NCBI GenBank assembly: GCA_040954595.2
Contig: CM082591.2
Span: 3,090,259-3,154,258, forward strand
Source of the DNA: Balanoglossus misakiensis
Taxonomy: Eukaryota > Animalia > Hemichordata
Reading direction: 5' to 3'
Length of the DNA stretch: 64,000 nucleotides
Below are positions 21,376-33,657 of this stretch, piece after piece. Numbering within the stretch: the stretch's first letter is position 1; the number at the start of each line of letters is the position of its first letter. The notes under the pieces are model-generated. The model saw only the letters and a program-made list of their open reading frames with translations, did not search any database and was not told the origin of the DNA. The position numbers and the translations under genes were made by a program.

Positions 21376-24300
21376 TCATTCATTCCATTCAATATAATTT
21401 AAAACTCCGCTCTTAACGCCTTCAGAGCATTTGGAACCGAAGTCGTCATATTTTTTGCTGACATATGCAAATCCTGACCCCTTGCCCGGTGACCTGTCTG
21501 AGCCCCTGATGAAGATATCATGATTGGTTGAAATCCAGTTCAGTATGTTTCCGTTGTATAGTGTGTGCCAATTTTTGCTCCCAGAACTGTTGGCAAATAA
21601 TGTAACGTTGCTGTCTTTTGGGTAGTCGCCTTCTTTAAAGGTTAAAATGTCGTGGTCTTGAAGAAGTGTCATGTTCACGAGAACGCCTCTAGAGGGCGAT
21701 GTGACAGTGTAGGCCAACAGGATAGTTTTGCAATGCAATCCCTCATCGCCGTCTTTGTAGAAAATATCGAACACTTTTTTGACGTAGCCATCGCGTGAGT
21801 TTCCTTGGAAACTGATGCTGACTTCTCGCGGTATTTGATGCGTGTTGGCCAGTATGGCAAGATCTACTATGTTACTATTGATGAAGTCGTCAACCTCAAT
21901 GATGTTCGGTTTGAAAACATCTGGTCTGGCTAGCCAATAGGGGATCATGTCTTTGGTGCCTCTGAAATGAATAGACCCAATGGACGAATAGACTTTTCTG
22001 TCACGTGAATTCATACCCAGGATGTTGGTTTTATTTGCCATATCCAAAAGGTTGTAGGCCACTCCTTCGAAGCTCATTCGCTTTGCCATTTCTGAGCCGA
22101 ATGGAAGTTCCAAACTGCTGTTTAGTGGTGGAATAGCCGCCAGTTGTACATCCGAGAAATAGCCTTTTGGCATTATACCGGCCAGGAACAACCCACCAAT
22201 CACATTGGTCGTATCAGGAGTCACGCAGCTTGACAGTAAAGTGACGTCATTTGAGTGGTTGGCATGGAAATGTTTCAAGATGTCGCATCTGTCGTTGAAA
22301 ACGCTCTCCGGGTTGTTCTGTCCGTCCCAACCGTTTATGATGACGTCGTTTCTGTACGTGTCGTTGTGCAAGCTGGCGACATACGGGTCCTCCACGTACG
22401 CCACGATGTTTTTCCCAGTGGCCCGGATCTCCTCCACGGTCGGGTTGTTGCCAAGCGACGAGGGGACAATGTGAGGTCCGAGATACTTGTATACAAGATC
22501 GCTGGCCTGCTTCTTCTGCGTCTGGTTCATCGGCAAGGTGTTGGCGTGGTCGTTTCCAGGCGTTGCGAAGTGATTCAGCTCTACTATCACAATCTCCCCG
22601 GGGTTCATTTTTGCGAAATCTGCAATTTCTTGAAGTCCAGGTCCGATTCTGTCCCCTGTTATACCATGCCACCAGTAAAACTGGCCATCTTTTGCTATGG
22701 CAGCAATTCGGAGATCCAAGTATCGAATTCCAGATTTGAGTTGGGCTGTGAAGTTTCCAGGTTGACTGCGAGACCACAGGTGCACCTGAATTTGAAATGT
22801 TTTGCCATGGTCATTATTACAAGTATTAAAATATCTAGAATCACAACAAGTGGTAATAATATTTGTTTAAGACTTTAACCAGCGCTTGTGAAATTATTTT
22901 TATACTAGTCCGTTTTCTTGTCTTGGTAAAATTATTAAATTGACGCTTAGCAAATCATGATGCCCACACCAAGGAGCTAGGATTATTACACGCATACTGA
23001 AAATAATATTTTAGTATTAAAGTATGCCACAAAACTTCAAACAGTGCGCGAACCAAGCATGCTAATACTTATACGCACCTCAGGTAAACCAAGGTCGTAG
23101 AAAGCGTTGAAGGATCTGTCTACCAAATACGCCTTGTCAGTAGTGATGCCAAAAGTTCCGCTGTCGTGTGTACCGGGGATGATCAAGTCACTGATGCGTT
23201 TATCCTTGATGACGCTGTAGATGGTAGTCATCCATCTCGACTTGTCTACATGCTCAGTTGAAATGTGGTTGGCGCCCTTAATCTCCGAGTCGCCATCGAA
23301 CCTGTAAACCTCTACAGTGTTGGCGAGATTACTGCCCCCATTGGCCGACAAGTGGTTGTTCTCTGGTTGGTTGGCATAATAGCTGTCAGAAAAAAAAAAC
23401 ACAAATCAACATTCATCAGTGCCAGCAAATAGACTACATGTGGATCGATTGGGCAAAAGGGGCGCTCATCAAGTGGTAAACCATCTGAGATTACCACTTG
23501 CTGGCTTTCTCGAATTTTGTGCTAATCGGACGACGATTTGGCCAGTTTCCCTAATTTGCCAAATCACAATGAAATGACCACTTACAGATGTCGGTTTTTG
23601 CGTGCTTTGTTGTTGCTTTTACACCACTACAACCTTTTGGTTAAAACTCTGTCAATTATTTAACGGACTTGGTTTTAACCCAAATATCATTGGGTCTATC
23701 ATTGGACTTTGTCCTCTTACAGTGCGACGACATCATACCACTGTTGTTGGCATGACTACCAAGTTAACACGCCGACTGTGCCTGACCACGGGTCATCCAT
23801 CACCGTGGACTGACTCTTATATTATGAAGTCGGGCGGTGCATGTCACCAACGTCCTTGGTTCTTGAAGCGCACGCCATTGCTCTCCGATGTGTTGTCACA
23901 AATTGTCCTTGGAATTCCATGATGTCTGACCTCGGTATATAATGCGGGTGGGTTTTTTCCCCGCTCTCGGTCCTACCAGCAGATGGAATCACTGACGTGA
24001 AACCCAGAAGTTGTGGTTGCTGCGATTCCGTAGCCAGACCACTTCCCCAAAAATCTACAGATGGGGAAGTGGTGATAGTGTTTTCATATCGCCCACATGG
24101 GTGACACTGTTAATCATGAAACGCACTCTTTCTACCTCCCAAGCAATTGTGATGTGAAGGTAGACTATCCCACCCCGTTTCACTTGCCCTGTTAGCGCAT
24201 TCGGGATATTAAATGGGTCGGGCACTGTTCCTCAAAGTCACATACAGTCCATGATAGAGGGACTGTGATCGCACGTACTGTGATTGTAGAACCCAATCAT

Positions 24301-24477
24301 TCTAATGTAATTAAGTGGGTTGGGGCGAATGTCGTGCAAAAACCACCCCGACAAAATTAAGTGTGCAGTCCACTTACAACCGTGTGCAATATGAGAGGAG
24401 ACTTACCTAAGGCTGACACATGAAGACAGCAAAATTGTCTTCAAAACAAGAAAACCGACAATCAGAGAGCCGCCCAT
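21376..24477 (-). CDS. Secreted PI-PLC X-domain (PLCXD/bacterial PI-PLC-like) protein, ~594 aa. Exons 24477-24407, 23382-23079, 22785-21376
   Basis: ACC-ATG start with signal peptide MGGSLIVGFLVLKTILLSSCVSL. AG|GTAAGT (phase 2) and GAG|GTGCGT (phase 0) introns join in frame. Motifs WM...ISDLIIPGTHDSG, QLKSGIRYLDLRI, WWHG, NPGEIVIVELNH and PNIIEVDDF. AATAAA on the minus strand at 21212-21207. Confidence 0.9.
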
Positions 24478-27400
24478 GGTGCGATGTTAACAACAAGGAA
24501 ATTTAGTAAACATGCTACTAGTGTTACGCACGCTAACTATAGTACTGATCGGGTGATACAAATCGACCTTTTACCCATGACGTTTACAACCTACATATTA
24601 ATTGTCTCCCTGACCCCCTTAAACAATACCAAATCAGTGAACGGGCAGGGCGTAACCACACTTTTGTATAGGTGTCTGTCAATCCAGACTGTGACAATAG
24701 TTTCCCCACAGGCGAGGGAGCTCCTTCCTTAATGTAATTATAAGTGGACCTATCCGCTGATTGATAGATCATCCGATGTTGGGATCGACCATTTAATGCG
24801 GCGGGTCGACAACCGAGAAGCTTTTTCGCGTCACCATATACATTTTGCATCTGCTGTAGATATGGTGACAGCATGTAGCAGAACACGAAGGTTTAATCAG
24901 ATTGTGAATACCTGGTGAATTTATTTAAAGTGCTTAGGGTTTCATTGAAATTCTTCTAAGTTCTTTGCTGACTATGTTATGTTCAAAGGCCTTCGTATAA
25001 ATACAAAAAATTGTCTGATTCTACTTGTCATTGGTATGGTGCAGGCGTTGGTGTCAAAAATTGTATCATGTTGTAGAATTTAAATTTAAAAGTGCAGTGT
25101 TTGTCGTAGCCAGCACTGTGCACTGAGAGCAGCACTTCGCGACGCGCACCGCCATGTTGGAAACACAAGGTTTCTTTCGTTTGAAAATTGGGCGAACGTG
25201 ACGATGAGGGCGTACATGTGACCCCACCCAGTTTTCAAATTGGTCCTTCAGGCGCTTATTAATTAGGAGAAAGTTGAGTTCTGCTGAAAAAAATGCCGTA
25301 AATTTGCATAGAACAAAAACTGACTAAATAAACAACTGAAACAAGGAAAAAATGCATAAATGGCGTCACACTAACACAGCTTTTTGCTATACAAGTTCTA
25401 GCACTCTGTTATACCACTTTACAAAAGTTTAGAGAGGTCATCTAAGGTCAGAAGCCTGGTTTCACAATATTTCATTGAGATCATAGTAAACTAAGCGTTA
25501 AGAATAACAAAACTATTCTGCTAGTACAAAGTTCAATTTGAATTCCCACGGCAATGCCATTGAACAGGAATATGTTTCAGGTGGACAGTAATAATGCTTG
25601 CCAGACAGTTGTGTACACACAAAAACAAATCCAATACCATAGATTGTTTTCTCAGGTGCCTGTGTTGGTCAGACGAGTGCATTCCTATGTGGGGTCACTG
25701 ACAGGTGTGAGTGGGACTTCTGCTTGACCACTGTCATCACTCGGGGGAGGGGGGGGAGGGTCATTGACTGCTATAAGGATCATTGTCCATCTAACCAAAT
25801 CACTCTCATATGACTTCATAAGGTCACTGACTGCTATGTGAAAATAAACTGCGCATGATAAAAGGATCATTGACTTCAGAAGTCAGTTTTATCTAAATCT
25901 GATGGGCTGGAATGAACCAGTAATTGTTGTCATTGACCCCCCCCCCCCCTCAAAAAAAAAATGATATGTTCTTGCGTTATATCACATAGCAAACATTTTT
26001 CACTTTTGTTGAAATAAATAGAAAACATCACTTTGATCACAGAGCATCCTCACCAATAATGGCCAAGAGAGGGCACAATCTTGAACCATAAAAGTCAACA
26101 TGGGTGCATACCAAGCCACTGATATCATTTTACAGATTCCAAAATTAGTCACACCACATTCATCACCAACAAAACATTTTGATTAGCAGTTATATGCAAA
26201 ATCAAGAAAAGCAGGGACCCCTCAGCATGTACCAGCTGTTCTGTCATGTCTACCACAAGTGCCAATTATCAGAAGATCTGCTTTATAGTGAACTCATTTC
26301 TCAGTGCCCAAAGACAACAAATTAATTTAATTAGTACCGCCTGCTCATGACACATCCCAGCTCTGTGGGGATCTCTCCTCATATTTCTTACAGCAATTAA
26401 CTCTTTTGAGAGAAATTAGTAGTAATTGTTGAGATGATGGGTGATATCTCCATGAGGTCTGTTTTGGTTGCATGCATGTCTTTGTGTGTGCCAGTGTGTG
26501 TGTTTGTTCACTCATATAAGTTTCATGGCATGCACACCATGTTGATATAGTTCGACTTCAGCAGCTGCCAGTGATATCAAGGTGCTGGTAGCCAGCAAGA
26601 TTTAAGATAATACCTCACATTCCCAGTGTAAATCTTAACCAGCACTTTTCTGGCCATTTCAGCTGAAACAATTGTGTCTCAGTCTCACATGATTACACCT
26701 ATTATTTAAATTAAAATATTTCACATACTTTGGATAGTTACCTGTATCATAAACAGTCTTCCCCCCTCTATGCCTGTATCAAACTCGGTGCTATAGTACC
26801 GGTACATGTATTTTTATTAAGGAAAGCCAGACACAATGTGTGCATAAACCCTGGTAATCTGTAATCCTTCACAAACAAGTCTTTAGAAATTTGAATCCTT
26901 GCACCAGTTCTAATGAATAGCTAGGTGGCATCTTCACCAACACCTCCAACTGATCACTGACCCTGGCCCCCAGGGTACTGACCCTTTGCCCCCTGGGTAT
27001 AGGGTCAATAGAAGGTCAGTGTGTGCCGGTGGTGGTTGTGAATCCAAATTGTCTTTGTGATGGTACTAGCATCATTATTTACGTGCTTTGGATTGGCTTC
27101 TTTGACAAGATAATAGTAGTTAATTGCCAGTACAAAGCGCTTGACTTTGCTAGCGAAGGATTCGCAGTACAGATCATAATTACCAGACAATGAACATGAA
27201 TTGTAACCTTCAAAGTTGAAAATTCAGTGGGTCGTGACGGCTACGACCAAAACAACAACTTTTATTCATAAAAGTCATGCTTATACAGGTGAATATTGCA
27301 TGTGCATAAGCAAGCTTGGACCCCCAGCAGAGAACAAAAGAAAGTCAGTCCTTCCTCGTTAATTACAAAAGATCATTACAGGAGTTCCCCATCAAAGAAT

Positions 27401-30400
27401 TCTGTAATTAGCCGCATTTGATCAGAACGGTTACCAGACCAGCTTGGCTGCGAAAAACAAAACCAAAATCAAAGCAGTCTACTTCTGCCATCCCAGTGCC
27501 TCAAGGAAGCATACCAGAGAAAAACTAGCAAACAAAGACTTTGATGCAGATCTCTGTCTGTATTTATTTTGCCATTGCTTTAAACACCAGATAATTGCAT
27601 TAATCAGGCGCTAATTGGTGTCTTGGTTTGATATTGAGTTGTAAATATTTACCGCTGTTTTTCTTTAAAAGCTAGAAAGTCACTCAACATCACTGGCTGT
27701 ATCTCAACATAAGCAGGTCACTGTGACCCACAGTTTAGCAGGCAATTGACTTGTTTTAACTTTCAACTTTTCGGGTTAACATAACAATGACAAGATTCAA
27801 TCAGCACCATTTTCAAAAGTGACTGCCAAGTGTTTTCCATAGACTAAAGGTTTGATGCATATGTAGAATTTGAGAAAGTCTTGTTTGAACATTCAGATTA
27901 CATGGAAGGTTGGTCAGGTTACAGTCAGTGGACGGAAGACTAGTCAGTGCATTTTGTTACAGTTGGAATGTTTTCTTAATCAATTAGCATTGCAGGAATT
28001 ATAAGTTAGTGATTCTATGATAACAAATGAATGCTACGAATGTGGATGCACTGCTTATAAGTGCATTCACCTCTGCTCTGTGGTTTGTCCAGTCTGAATA
28101 AAAAATATGATAATATTATATCTTCCCATCCATTAACTCTGAATTTCTCCTGTCTATATTTTGATTAACCTGTTCTCAAGACCACACAACAGAATCTTTT
28201 CTTTCCTGCATGTCAAAAACAACACCTTTCCTGATGAAGAAGTTCCATCAGCGATTCAACCTGAGCTCATGCAGATTGTCACATTGTGTGGTAGCTTCTG
28301 TTTGTTTGCGTAAAAAGTTAGCCCCTGAAAACAGGCCTGGGGCAGACCCTTTCCATTAGCCATCTTTTATACATTAGATCACCGCAGATAATTGCACCAA
28401 TTAAACGCTATTAAATATGGCGCAGTGAAAAAAGCTTTTAGTGTTTTCTGCGGTGGAAGTTCTTCCAGCGAGTTGAAACACGCCATTGTATAAATTTTGA
28501 CATTTGAAGTGCGGGTGAAATGTCAAAGTTGACTAAACTTGGACAAAAGCTGTTCTGTTAATAAGACGTGATAATTGCCGACTTTTTTTGACGAACTGCT
28601 CTTACTCGTGACATCCCCATCCGCAGTCAACCAGTCACTTTAATGCGCATGATTGCGAATTGGTTTTAAGAATCACAGCTCATGCAAAGTATCGTGTAAA
28701 TATTCACTTCTTGTTTCTTAAAACAACAACACTATACTGTGAAATGTTTTCCAGGGACAAATGAATTTTTATCCGCGTCAGACCTGTCCACCCCTATGTG
28801 GTGAATGGTTTCACCCGACGAGCATCAATTAAAGGAACTTCAGTGCTCCTAGCATTGACTTACCTGCTGATGAGCCTCTAACAGTTGAATTAGTCGGGAC
28901 AGTACTTAATTGATTGAACATCATTGACAACAACACTGCGGCAATTTTCAAGCAAGTTCCACTCACTATTGGATAATTTTCTTTCTGTGACAGTTCGTCG
29001 GCATTAACAAGATAACACTGGAGAGAGGAAAACGCAATATTGTCCGGAAAAGTTCTCCACTGATGTCCAAGACTCAGCACAGGTATGTTTTATATATTTT
29101 CTGTACAACAGTTTCACAGTCTGGCTGTGACAGAGAAGTTGGAAAAGTTTGTTTCACCAGCATCAACAACTTGGATGTGAGAAATCAATGAACTGATGTT
29201 GGATTACAGTGTTTCATTGATTGCTCGGATTTTTTTTTTTTGGGGGGGGGGGGAACTTGAATAACTGAAGCTACCATTGTAAGGAAATGTTTAAAGGTTC
29301 TGTTGGTATTTTTGCACGGGTCATTAACATTATTCCTCCAAGGTCATGGATTACTAGATCTGCCTACTTCAATGTTAATGAACCTTAAAAATATTGACTC
29401 TGGTTTGTGCAAAGCACTTTGTCGTCAAATGAACTTGAACTTAACAATCCATGAAGTCCCGACATATTGAATTACAAAGTAGAAATGGTCAAGAAGTATG
29501 TCCCCTCCCTAATTCAACTTGTACATACAGAGTTGTCGTCAACATTAACACTGAAATGTGTGCTTTTCTGATTTTGTCTGTAAACTTTTTTTAACCTTGA
29601 CAAGTTTGAAAGTCAAAAACAAAGTTGATAAAGACGTAGACAGGAAGCCAAAGGTCAAATGTAGGATGGGTTGGCCTTTAATAATATACAGCAGAAAGTA
29701 ACACACCTTGATGAATGTATATTAATGTTTTCCTGAGTCAGTTGTTGTCCACTTTTACTTGTTAAACCATATCTGTGATATTTACTTAGTAATGTAAAAT
29801 ATGAGTTTTGTTTGAGCTTACGCTATGCATGATTATTCCACTCGAAAGATAAATCTCATCAAAGTACAGTCACTTCTACTGTACCTATCATCACACAGTA
29901 CTCTCTTGCACTTACTCTCACGGACTGTTTGTTTGTTCGTCCCCATGTTTGGACTCTTCCCTCGTCATTCAACCGACAACCTTCCCCAAACCTTGAAAAG
30001 AATTCAACAGTTTGCATTTCACCATGTCCGGTAGTTTACACTGTAAATATTTTTTTGGTCAGATTGTGGATTTTACTGAGAATTTTAAGAGGTGTCCTTT
30101 TGTACACGTGTCTGCAGTAACACTATGAATCTGACAGCCTGCAATTTATCATGGCTGGGACAGTACCTTTATTCTATTGTCTGTTGGACAACTGAGTGAT
30201 TCCAGCTTGCCAAATGAGTTTATAATGTCTTGTAATGGTCAGGGCACTTTCTACTTTTAGGCAAATTTCTTAGAATAATTAAGTTCAGTCTTCCTCTGAT
30301 GTAAACGTTATAATTGAAAGTACATATAATATGATACCTGTGTCATAATTAATTGATTCTCCCCAAATCAGATAATTTCAATAAGTATTCCAACTTTTGA

Positions 30401-32515
30401 TCTAGATTTGTGATTTGTTACTATGGAGGTATCATAGACCTGTGGCAAGAAGATGGATTTTCCCATGAAACTTAAATAACTTCACCCAGTTGGTGTGAAC
30501 ACCCCTCCAAGGGTGCCAGGACCTTCTAAGAGGCAAAACTGACAGTACTTGACCTTAGACTTCTCCAAAAAAAACCCACTGCCACTCCCTTGTCAGAGAA
30601 TCTCTCCAAATCCCTAAACCAAACACAGAATGTCTAGCAGAAAGCCCTAATACATATGCTAGCAGTGATACGCCCCATTGTCATTCAGATGCAGTGAGTC
30701 AGTTCTGAAGTAGAATGGTACGATCAGATTTTTAACAGAAAGACAAAATGGGAACTTTTATTGAACAAAGACTAGACGATTGAGCAAACCAAACCACACC
30801 TTTTTATTAAACTGTCCCCATTTGACTTCTTGTGCAAGAATTTCCAAACCCTTCAGTAGGTACTCACGAATGGTACATGTTTTCCTGTGGAGCTGGTATT
30901 GGGAGACACAAAGTTTGACTTTGCATAATACTGGCCAGTGCATCCAGGTCCCAGATTCCAATGCAGAACGACATCACAAAGCAATTCTAATATTTGCAGA
31001 TTGGTGGCAGAACACACACACCAAACAAATAAGCACCACATTTGTCTTCTTGCAGAAAAACTCACATAAGTTAAGACCTGGTTTCTGTTCGAAAGCCTGT
31101 CAACTTTTCAAAGGGGAAATCATTTTGCGTTGCACAAACCTTTTAGCAAACAGAGCAAGGCCATGTGCCACTCCACACTCCACTCAAGAATCAGTCTGCC
31201 ACTCTGGTGTGTAAACTTTACTTTGGAGAAAAGTGTGGTCAGAAAGTCTGAAGTTCTAAATCCCCATGGAATTCTGTATCAGTTTACCGATTGCATTCCA
31301 AATTCGACCAAAAACACTGTGCAGATTGTGATTTAAAAAGGGACCACTTTGTAAAATGATCTAAATCTTGGCAATAATTCTAAAGTGGCTTTTTGTCAGT
31401 AATTGCAGAACTGGTTTTTGTTTTCAACATGCTAAGTAAAAGTGTCTCAGTGTTTCATGAAATATTGAATAGAACATGGAGGTACTAAGAGAAAGTTGTC
31501 AAAAATATTTTGCATGATGTTTATTATATATTTTTTTATTTTTACTGGTATGTCAAGTCTTGAAAGTAACCAGAGTAAATCTAAGGGGTTTGGAGGCATA
31601 AACCAACAAACATACGATGGCCCATTTAGCTTGAAGTGGTTTGTGTACGTCTTTATGTTGTTCTTGGAGCTTGGTATTGGGTTCTTGGGATAAGCTGTTA
31701 TTTAGATAGCAGTCTCCAGCTCTGAAGTGCTGACAGTTGACGAGACATCCTGAAGTGGGGAAGTAGATCTGTCAATCATCAGAAAAACAGCTATCTTCGA
31801 ATTTAGGAAAGGCCTAAAATATATTGACTCAGCTGTTGTTCCACCTTCTTCAAAAGTTGAAAAGAAATTGTGAATCTTTTTTTTTCACTTCAAGCCAATT
31901 ATTTTTAATCTCTAAATAGGGATTTGATCAGTTCTTTTTCACTTGTTTAATCAAGATAAAAACAACTTGAAGCAATGCCAACATCATAAGTAAACAAGTA
32001 TTATTTTCATATAATTAAGAGATTAATCGTGCAATTGCCAATGTAAAGCTACCATTTATCACTGGAATAAAACTGTCACGGATGGTTAGACTGGTCTTGT
32101 TGGGGTTTTGACCCTTGTTTGTATTTCTGGAACGCTAAATCCCCCCCTCTGAGAAATGAATTAGATCTGCTTTATAACCCCAGTGACATATTCTATGGAG
32201 AATTGCCATGTTTTGCTGGAGGGCAGATTAAAAGCCAGACTTTTAATCTGCAGTTTTGTGTTGTCCATTGTGGGGTAAGAAATAATGCTGTCTTGAGGTT
32301 GGCCAACTCCCCACCCCAACAGATCAAGTTGAGCGATTCCCTGTGCATTATGGCGTGCAAGTTTACCTTATTTTGCATTCTACAAATTCAAAACATTTTA
32401 TATTTATTACTTTTTTCTATTCTGTTGAAAAGTAAGTCACACTATACTCCTGAGTGTAAAATAAAATGGGACAGTTGTCACACATGATCTTGTGTTGTGC
32501 AGATAGACTGGCATG

Positions 32516-32529
32516 GCGCCCCCTATAGT
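32516..32529 (-). promoter_or_regulatory. CTCF-like motif
   Basis: ggcgccccctatag reads CTATAGGGGGCGCC on the minus strand, close to the CTCF core ..AG(G/A)(G/T)GGCGC. Motif match only. Confidence 0.35.
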
Positions 32530-33399
32530 CGAAACAATCAAGTGTTCTGCATGCTGCTTGTACTTTTTTTACCTGCACCTTTGACTTTGATCATCACCAT
32601 GCACTGATACAGTCTAGCACTGATCTGCTAAATGAATGCTGTTCCACACACGTGCTTACGGCCATCATGTCAGTATAGTCGCTTGCACACGTGCAATGAT
32701 TAGGGCGCCCTTTTTTGGATTATAAAAGTTGGCAAACATTTCTTATCAGCGACTCAAATAGTTTTGCATTCACATGTGTATAAAAGGGACGGGATCACCG
32801 CACTCGGACATTTATGCAAATTAGGTTCAAATAGGCTTCATGGTGCGATTGAAAATCAAGGACACATTTCGCCACTTGTCCCATGTGTTGTTCCACATCA
32901 AATAAATGGAAGATCCGAGAAAATCCACACTTTTCCAGTTTTTGTACAGTCATCCTATAAGTATAAGCGCTTCTACGGTACCGCCTGTGAGTCTTACAGC
33001 TTTGAAACCAGTGCGTAATATACTAGTAGCATGACTCCATGCTAGTAGTAAAAGCATACCGGGATGTGGCTTTGAGTTGGTCCCTTGGGACAAAGACGTT
33101 TTTAATTTATTCACGCACAGGGATGTATTTTTAGCCAGACAATGGCAAGACCTAGTTGCCTAGCAATTATCACCATGAACTTTGCTACAAGTTTCACTAC
33201 CACTTCCAATGGGCGTCTCAATTTTTTCAGCAGAGCCCCAGCTGCAGTAAGTTCCGACTACCTCAAGGCTTTGCCTGTAGGTTTTGGGGCTCCTCATTTT
33301 ACTGATGACCATCAGCAACAAGGCAAATTGACCGTTGACTAAGCAAGGTGCTAAACATCGCTCTTTTCAGAGGGGTAATTTTACATGCAAGCTCATTAG

Positions 33400-33657
33400 A
33401 AACTGCCACTTGTATCCCCTCAAACCGCGTCGGCAGAGTGCGTTTAGATCGGCGTTTAGTGCGGTGTTTCTGTTCACACGTGATTTGAATCGCTGTTTAG
33501 TGCGGCGCCCCGACCCAGGTCCCACCCCTCAACACCGTCACAAAAAAAGAGCGGCGCAGGGCCGCTCTCACCTTTTCACAAGTGGCACTTACAAATTAAC
33601 ACCGCCCTAGCGCCGCCGCTGGGGCAGCGTTGACGGCACGTGAGAAAAGCACTTAAT
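33400..33657. mobile_element. GC-rich putative non-autonomous DNA transposon fragment
   Basis: Abrupt CpG-rich patch in AT-rich DNA with internal repeats (gcgtttag / gtttagtgcgg), an inverted pair tgccacttgt / acaagtggca, and a right end cgtgagaaaagcac-TTAA. No matching left terminus found. Confidence 0.4.
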
